From Catajapyx aquilonaris (lineage: Eukaryota): a stretch of DNA of 20,000 nucleotides. The position numbers and the translations under genes are program-made. The notes under the pieces were generated by a model. It was not told the origin of the DNA and searched no databases. It worked only from the letters and a program-made list of their open reading frames with translations. Below are positions 12,492 to 20,000 of the stretch, piece by piece (the stretch's first letter is position 1; each line of letters opens with the position of its first letter). The stretch is from the NCBI GenBank assembly GCA_000934665.2, contig KZ539112.1, positions 44,429 through 64,428 of the forward strand, written 5' to 3'.

Positions 12492-13564
12492 GCCCGGGCG
12501 AGCCAGGTAAGTATGAGGAGGGGACCGCAGCCTCTCTCTCTCTCTCTTGGCCAAACATTGGGAGCGGCCTCTTCTCCCAAGCCCAAGCGCCCTCTAGCGA
12601 TATCCTATACACAAAAAAAAAATTATCTTCCATACATATGGTCATACGCATATATGCTGTCCATTAACACAAAAAAATGGTAAAGAAGAAGATATTACGA
12701 GACGGGTTAAAAAGTGGATTATCGGGATGTGGGATCTTCTGGTTGGCCATCACAGCAGCTCCCGAAAGTATTACGCGGCGTCTGCTCAGCCTCCCTCCAT
12801 CCCCGGCCAACGATGCCTGTAGGCTACAAGACCTGCTCTCTACACATGATAATAATGATGATGATGCTACCAAGAAGCCCCAAAGAATCCATTCCACCTG
12901 ATCTCCACATATTCTCACAAATTGCCTGCGCCCACAGCCCACCTTATTACTGTCTGATACCCGTCCTGGGAAATCTTGGCCCCTCCCTTTAAGCTTTCAG
13001 ATTCCACCTGATCCTTTTTTTTTCTCTCTCCCTCAACTCATTTCATAAAGGTCTTTTTGTTGGCTTCAATATCTTGTAGTTATGAGCGATCATTTTGGAT
13101 GCGGTTGGTGTATGAAGCTTTCTCAAGATGGTTGGGGGGTATCTGAGAATCTGAGTGCATTTTGTTTTGCCTTTCCGGCTAGAGTGGAGATAAGGTTTGG
13201 TTGAACTTCTTGTTCGCAAAGCCACGCCGCGAGATTTTCAGAGTCACATGTTGAGATATGCATCAGTAGGCCGTATTTGGAAGGAATGAGGCAATAAAAA
13301 CGAAGATACGGAGTTTACACATCCAGGGCTATTCAAGTGCGCCCATCCAAACCAATTTAATTAACTTTAATAGTTGTGCCAAGTTGGCACTTATACAAGG
13401 TGATTCAGTGAATCTTGCTACAAACTGCTTGGCAGTAGCTGTAATGGAGTCTTGAAATATACGAATGCCATTTGCCAACTAAACTCGAGATATTTGTCAA
13501 ATACTTGTATATGTAATCTAATTAATTTCTGCCAATATTGTGACAACTTTAAAAAACCACACGT

Positions 13565-13636
13565 GTGTCATCTGACACTTTTGTAGGATATATTTATGCA
13601 GTGTCATATGGCACAAAGTTCTGTGTCATTCGACAC
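13565..13636. repeat. Three copies of the 14-bp palindrome GTGTCA-NN-TGACAC
   Basis: GTGTCATCTGACAC at 13565-13578 (perfect arms), GTGTCATATGGCAC at 13601-13614 and GTGTCATTCGACAC at 13623-13636 (one mismatch each). Confidence 0.75.
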
Positions 13637-15720
13637 CAAAGGCGTTGACGATATTGCATGACTCGCTTTTGCGTGTCAGGACATCTATTTCTGCGTCGAA
13701 AGTGTGACACTGTTTTGCGTGTAGAAGAGTCAATTGCTTCATAGTGCATAATGTCACACACCTGAGTCGCTGCTTGAGATACAGCAATGAACAATAAACA
13801 CATTCGATAAGCCGGACCTTCTTTATAAATAAAAGATAGTTTTGTCTAGGTTATTCACTATACCCAGATAAGAATACCTGCTTATCAAATATATCAGACA
13901 GGAACATAACACTGTATAGTGAGAATTGGCAACTTAGGCTCTCTTCTTTAGAGGGAGGAAAAATGCTGGACATGGACCTCGGCCTCCGCCATCCAGAACC
14001 GGTTGCTTGGCTCCAGCAGCATGTTTCCATCATCCATCCACAGCCAGCGTTCTCCACATTTGCATCTTTACAGAGGCACAGGTTGTGGGAGGGAGGGACC
14101 CACCTCTCCTTTTCTTTCCCCCNTCCCCCCCCCCCCCCCACCACCACCACTCCTGCTTTGTCACCTCCCTTCCCCTCTCTGCAGAATCTCTTGGCAGTCA
14201 CGTGCAAACTGCCATTCGGCTCTTTTTCCCACTTGGCACCTAAGGGTCATCTATCTGTGCTTCTGCTCCGAACAACTGCCTTTCAATTAGTTGGTCCACT
14301 TTCTCGCCACCCGAGGACAAATCAACGCATTCCACATGGTCTTCTGATTTGATTAATAGATTGGCAGGATTCGCTCACCTGTAATATAGTGTCCTCAAAT
14401 AGACGGCAATATCAAATTATTTTTTTTGTGACCTGTTATACAGCAGGGAGTAGCAGACATGATTGGCTCGCCTTGACGACCAGAATGCATAAACATGCTG
14501 TGTTTAGCTTTTTGCGACATAGTTGCAAGGCCGGAATAATTTTATTGGTAGAGGTCAACATGCTAGTAATGACAGACCAGCGATAAACGATTATTTGCAA
14601 TACATGTACCAACGGAGGTATACCGGCTTGCGTTTGTCACGACATGACGGCAGTTCACAGGAACCGCACTCGCCGCAAAAGGTGTCGACACGTCTGGAGA
14701 AATGTCTCCAAGAGACATTCAGAGTGAGAAAAGTGGGGAGATTTTCTCAACGTGCAAACTCGTCTAGAAGTAAAAGTATGCGTAAAATGCAGAAGGATTA
14801 ATTAGAGGGGAGAAATGGTAAAGTGGTGCTGAAGCTGCTGGGAATGGGGATGATGACCCTCACCGCTGACTCCTCATGTATGAAGCGAAGAGTTGGACTC
14901 AACCAGCGGAACTTTTTTCAACCAAATTTTTTTATATATATATTCAAGCCTCCATCACCCGGCCCAAAACCATTATTATTCCCCATCTGTGTGTATGTAA
15001 AGAGATGTCCGTCCGGGGCGATCCAGAACCTGGCCTATCCAGTAGTTCTACCCCCCTCTCATCATCCAGTAGCCAAGGGCGTCAGTCATTCGGCAGCAAG
15101 GAAGTCAACTTCCGTCCCGGATGTTGTACCCCCCCCCCCCAACCCTCCATTTTGATCCAAATTCCCGCCTACGCAACATTAACCACCATCTTGTGCTCCA
15201 ATATTCATTTTGTCGGTTAATCACCTCTTAATTACGATTATGACCACCTATTTCGTCAGGAACTTGAGAAGGACCTGTTGCAGGAAGTGGTACTTAATTT
15301 TAACCATAATCAATGACGATCGAGGCAGCTGAGGAAATGGAGGCGGAGGAAGAGGCTTCATGTCAGAAAAAGGGAACGTGCTGTGAAAGAGAATGCACAA
15401 GTGGCAGCAGCACCAGCAGCAACAGAGTGTGACGCCTGCTTTTGTTTCTGTATTCTGGTGTTGCTTCAGGGGACTTGAACGCCCGAATCCAGCCCAAACC
15501 TATATTCATTTCCCCCCTTAGCCCCACCCCTAGCCCCCCTACTATTCACTCTGCTGACAACTTCTGTTGGATTGACTCATCTGGTTTCCCCTCTATCGGA
15601 ATTTCATCACCCAACCACATTTTTTCTTCTAATTGATGGCCAGTGTTCCCCCAATAGACATCATCTACAAAAAAAGATGTATCGCGCAAAATATTCCTTA
15701 CAATAATGTGAAGGTAACGG

Positions 15721-15955
15721 GGGTTAAATGGTGTGAACCGCCTTGAAATGATCCCTCAAATTATTTTTCTTCATTTAGATAAATTACAGCATCACATGGG
15801 AACACGTCATGTCAAACACCACGAAACTGCGTGTAAAACCTCCTCAAATTTAAAATGCGACCTACTGCCAAGTGCTGAATGCCTACCCCTGTGGCAAATC
15901 CCACAATTATATGTCCCGCACCTTTTAGCAACGCCGTTCACATATGTTTTAACCC
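15721..15955. mobile_element. Possible degenerate MITE (about 235 bp)
   Basis: The left end gggttaaa-tgg-tgtgaaccgccttg matches the reverse complement of the right end, gggttaaa-acata-tgtgaacggcgttg, in two blocks (8/8 and 13/15). The interior is non-coding and there is no clear TSD. Confidence 0.35.
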
Positions 15956-16398
15956 TATAATAACATAACCCCAAGCCTAGTCAATCTGTAATTTACCTCC
16001 GGTTGCAAATAGGAAAATGACACATTGCGTGCCACTTCTGCAGGTCACGCACACCATTTGAAAATCGCATATAATCCGTTAGTGCATCAATTGGCTGATT
16101 TGCACTGACTACTGAGTAAGCCCATGGGTACAAAAGAGACAGGTGAATACAGTATATTTTGAAAAGAAGGCCAGGTGGTAGTATCATTTGGAGAAAAGAC
16201 AGTGAGAGTAGCGGGTCATGTAGATGGGCCAGGAGCACGCGTGACCCAATTGGCCTCGATATCTGGTCCTGAAGATGTGGTCCGCATACTAAAAACAGCA
16301 CGGGTACTAATTAGTTGGCGGCTGGGGTGCGGCTGTTGGGCCAATTCCCAAGGGAAGACACCTCTTCCCACACACGTACCACCCATTTTATTTTTTTT

Positions 16399-16414
16399 GT
16401 GTGTGTGTGTGTGT
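16399..16414. repeat. (GT)8 microsatellite preceded by a T-tract
   Basis: Seen directly in the sequence. Confidence 0.9.
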
Positions 16415-18820
16415 TGATTTTCAGAAAATAGGAGGAAGAGGAGGAGGAAAAAGGAGGAGGACTACAGCTTGAACATGCTACCACGCATTCGCCAATTTTA
16501 GTGGAAACAGCTGCTGGGTTTAGACTGCTACAGCATTCTGCTGCATGCCTGCTAATCCGCTCCTGAATACTAATCCGACACTATTATACAGCATTTGCAT
16601 GTACATATGACACCAGGCGTTGGACATTTCCGGAGGTCGCCTGTTCCCGATCGCCCACTTTGCTCACGGAATTGGGGAAACCGGGCAACTGATCTGGCCA
16701 CCTCATTATCTCTTATCTACTGCCTAGTCTTCCGGCCACGTTTAGCTGTGGGTACTGCCAAACAGTTTCATTTCTCCAGGGGTTGGCTGTCAACTCTATT
16801 GTGACCACGGTGTCACATGGCGCCCAATTAGTATAGTCCGATATGAAAACCGCGCCAGATTGTGGGGTAATTATTGTGGTCTTATAGCTACCGAACAACA
16901 ATTAGTACGCATTGGGTATGCATTAGTAACTACTTTCATTTTTTAAGGATTCATATAGGATTAGTGGTAACCGGTTCATGCTTGTGGAATATCACCAAAA
17001 GGCGCGCTAATTGTTCTTAAGAATTAAGGCCAAGGAGAAACGCTCCGTGGTTTATTTACTGAGAGAGGTGCAACATGCCCTTTCTGTGAATATACCAAAT
17101 ACCGGTCGTAAAAGTATCAAAAATACGTCACTAACTTATGCAGCGGGCACACCTATGATGTACAGGGTTCCATAAAGAAGCGCAACAAGTCCGAATTCCC
17201 TGGTAGCTACCCACGCCAGCTATAACTCAGTGCCGATAAGAGCAGTTTTATACTTCCACACAACATGGGAAGCCGGAGTTGTAGAGAGATTGTATGGCAG
17301 TATACAACATACTATAGCCCTTATCTACAGGTAAAGAAAGTTGATTGATATACGTTGAAAACGCCCATCAATACAAACTTACTGCAAATGAACAGTCATA
17401 ATGTGTGGTAATCAATGTGGGAATAATATTTTAAGTGATAATGAGTAATTAATGACTGTCAAAACTCAATAAGACCGTACAATATATTGTTCTCTCTGCC
17501 TGATGTTTTCAGTTAATGTATAGTTTTGGTGCAACTTTTCAGCAATATTACTCGGTGGCATAAAATATAAGACAAATTTATTAAAATACTGCACTTACCT
17601 ATTATATTTTTACAGTTCCTTCAATTATATAGAGATGCAGCTGTAGGCTACAGCACTTTGAGACTTGAGTGGGTCAGTACAGTGTGTAAATCAAAATTAT
17701 GCTTCCGTGAAGAATGTCAAGCTCCTTTAAACAGCTGCGAGATACAATAAGAAGCAAAAAAATATATATTACGAGAGGCTATAGAAGCTTACACCATGTG
17801 CTCAAGCCCATCATGAAGAATAAGTTTCTTCATATGCATATACGCTCAATAATTTCATTGGACTTGTCTTCTTGTCAAACAACGAATTGCTCGTTAAAAC
17901 GTACACAACTTATTTAATTTTGTGACTTCTCTTGTAACACTTGTCACATTGCCGTATGCATTTTTGCGCAATCTCCAAAATGTTTATCTTACAATGTATA
18001 CAGCGTGTCAGGTGCCCGCTTTAGTTAGTATTTTGTCACTCTAAGTTACGTTACTTTGGAACAGTTACTCAATTTATAATCGTGAATAATGTGGCAGTTG
18101 CTAATATTAAGGTCGAATTGCAGTAAATTTTCGATAGAGAATTACCCATTGGAACAAATAGAGTTGCACGTCAATGATACAGCCTCATTTATAGGCGTTA
18201 AAAAGAGTAAGTATGTGAACTTAATATTAGCAGCTAATATTTTGATAATCATTAAAAGTAACTGCCTAAAATTATCATATTAAGGAGGAGAAATCGATAA
18301 CTAAAACTTGCAACATGCTCTCGTACAATGTGGTCAGTAATAATTCCTGCATTTTCAGGTATAGTATACGATCCCTGGGGCCTAACACCCTCGGAAAATT
18401 TTGACATTATGATTCTGAAAATGCCACGGCATTTAGCACCGGTTTTAATCAAATTACGTAAAAGTGTATTTGGACGAGTTATTGATAGCCACTTCACTGT
18501 AACTGTCACTTATTAAGAACAATACAGCTTGCTCGGCAATACTCTTTATCGCAGGTAGCACAATAAATTCTAATCTTTTTCTTTCGCATCCGGTGCTTGA
18601 ATGTCAAATTACTCTCCATTTTTCACCCAAATTATTTTTCCATAAGTCATTGGTCAAAATATGTTGTACGGGGATCCAATCACCGTTTCACACTCTTCAG
18701 ATTAATCATCAGTGTTTCTTTCGAATCTGAATGCATGTATCCCACCCTTGTCGCCTTATCAGCGATCATATATTATTGTCACTACTCATTATACGTGTTT
18801 CTCTATGCGCAAGTGGAAGA

Positions 18821-18985
18821 TCCCAGCAACGGAGACAGGAGAGTTAGTGGATCCTGAGGAGATGTACTGTGTATCACAAAGTCGAAATAGGAAAAGAACC
18901 CCCAAATTTTGTTCCGAGTGACTGGAGTTCGAATTCGGACCAGGAGTGATTAATCCATCAACTATCCTCGTCCCCGCTGCTGGGA
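18821..18985. repeat. Long imperfect inverted repeat (foldback), either MITE-like or a structured RNA
   Basis: The left arm 18821-18852 (tcccagcaacggagacaggagagttagtggat) pairs with the right arm 18953-18985 (atccatcaactatcctcgtccccgctgctggga). There are 27 of 32 Watson-Crick pairs plus one bulged base, around a 100-nt interior. No target-site duplication is visible. Confidence 0.8.
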
Positions 18986-20000
18986 CGGCCAACCTTTATA
19001 AGAATCTAGAAATTACATACACTGTACCAGCCTACACCAAAGTTTGCATGTTTATAGCTCATCCTTCATAATCAGCAATAAAAACTAGCTGATCAGCCCT
19101 AACACGCAAAATCATTATATGACGCAACATATCGACCTATAGACACTTTCCCCCCCCAGAATGCTCCTCTCTTTCCATACTGCCATACTTATATATATTT
19201 TTTTGCCGTTGTTTACAGGGCTAGGAAATGCTAGCAACTCCAAACCCCGTCATTTCAGGTCTGCCTAAATTATTTTCCTCATCTATGGTCAGAGCCATTT
19301 TCACACTCCTAAGTCATTTGAAATTGCGAGTTAGAGGTCCGTAGACAGTAACAATTTGAGGTTGGAAAAGAGGCAGGCGCATGTTCCCTTCTCCCGTTGA
19401 TGTCTGCAGCAGGATGGCTACATGGCCTGGAAGGAAAACCCTCAGCCTTTGGCCCGCCAGCCTGCAATTACGCCCAATTCCAATCCCTCGGCCTCTATTA
19501 TGCAAAGCGCCGCGGCTTCAAAGCGCAATAAATCCTCCGCCACCGTTTATTCCCGCCTAAATAACTCCCTTATTATCCAGGACTCCCAATTTCTCTCCAT
19601 TGCAACAGTACGCCTAACTATACAAGACATCGACCGTATGAAAAATAATATACCCCCCAACACCTTTATACGTTCCAGACACAACATCGGGATACAATAT
19701 TTTCTTTTTCCCCCATCAAGTAGCAATTCCTTAATTGGACCTTGATGGGCCTTAATCGCTGCCACTCCTGCCATAGTAATGGCATTAAATGGCTGCCCAC
19801 AATCTGCCAAGAACTTCTTTTTTTTCTTTTCTATATGTACAACCATCAGCAGGTGCAACATATAAGCTAGGTCAGGCCGGATCCTGATCCGGTTACCTTT
19901 CAATCATTACCCAAACAAAACTTGCTTCCTGCATGCTCACACCCCTACCAAAAACTTCAGCAACAACACTCCAGGGGAAATGTTTCAGAACACCCCCCCC

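Noticed and set aside
18528..18538. CTTGCTCGGCA resembling the 5' end of U6 snRNA
   Set aside because: Only about 11 nt of similarity, and the rest of U6 (including the ACAGAGA box) is absent.
18672..18712. Minus-strand CTGAAGA-gtgt-GAAAC as a minimal hammerhead
   Set aside because: There is no stem II, and the cleavage triplet would be GUG, which is not NUH. It is probably a chance match.
755..19903. ORF-track ORFs (60-174 aa) as protein-coding genes
   Set aside because: They are short, overlap in several frames, often start at non-ATG codons, are dominated by translated microsatellites and homopolymers, and show no recognisable domain.
1..20000. CRISPR array, prokaryotic operon, rRNA, or Hox-cluster miRNAs (miR-10, miR-993, iab-4)
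   Set aside because: I saw no regularly spaced repeats, no long ORFs and no match to those sequences by eye.

Overview
This window is eukaryotic and almost entirely non-coding. It is most likely an invertebrate animal draft assembly, which is an inference from the spliceosomal signals, microsatellites, homopolymer-adjacent Ns and a 42-N gap. None of the ORF-track translations resembles a protein family I recognise, and I see no intact tRNA, rRNA, CRISPR array or transposase. The best-supported genic signal is two frame-preserving micro-exons on the minus strand (9316-9348, 33 nt; 6181-6228, 48 nt). Each has a branch point, a TTGCAG acceptor and a GTGAGTAG donor, so at least the central part of the window, and probably most of it, is intron of an unidentified minus-strand gene. 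The non-coding DNA holds about 10 perfect octamers (ATGCAAAT), homeodomain-type motif clusters and AT-rich islands with possible transposon relics. A 165-bp foldback at 18821-18985 encloses a degenerate hammerhead-ribozyme-like core. No novel system can be established from the sequence alone; the foldback, the micro-exon pair and the octamer enrichment are the best leads.
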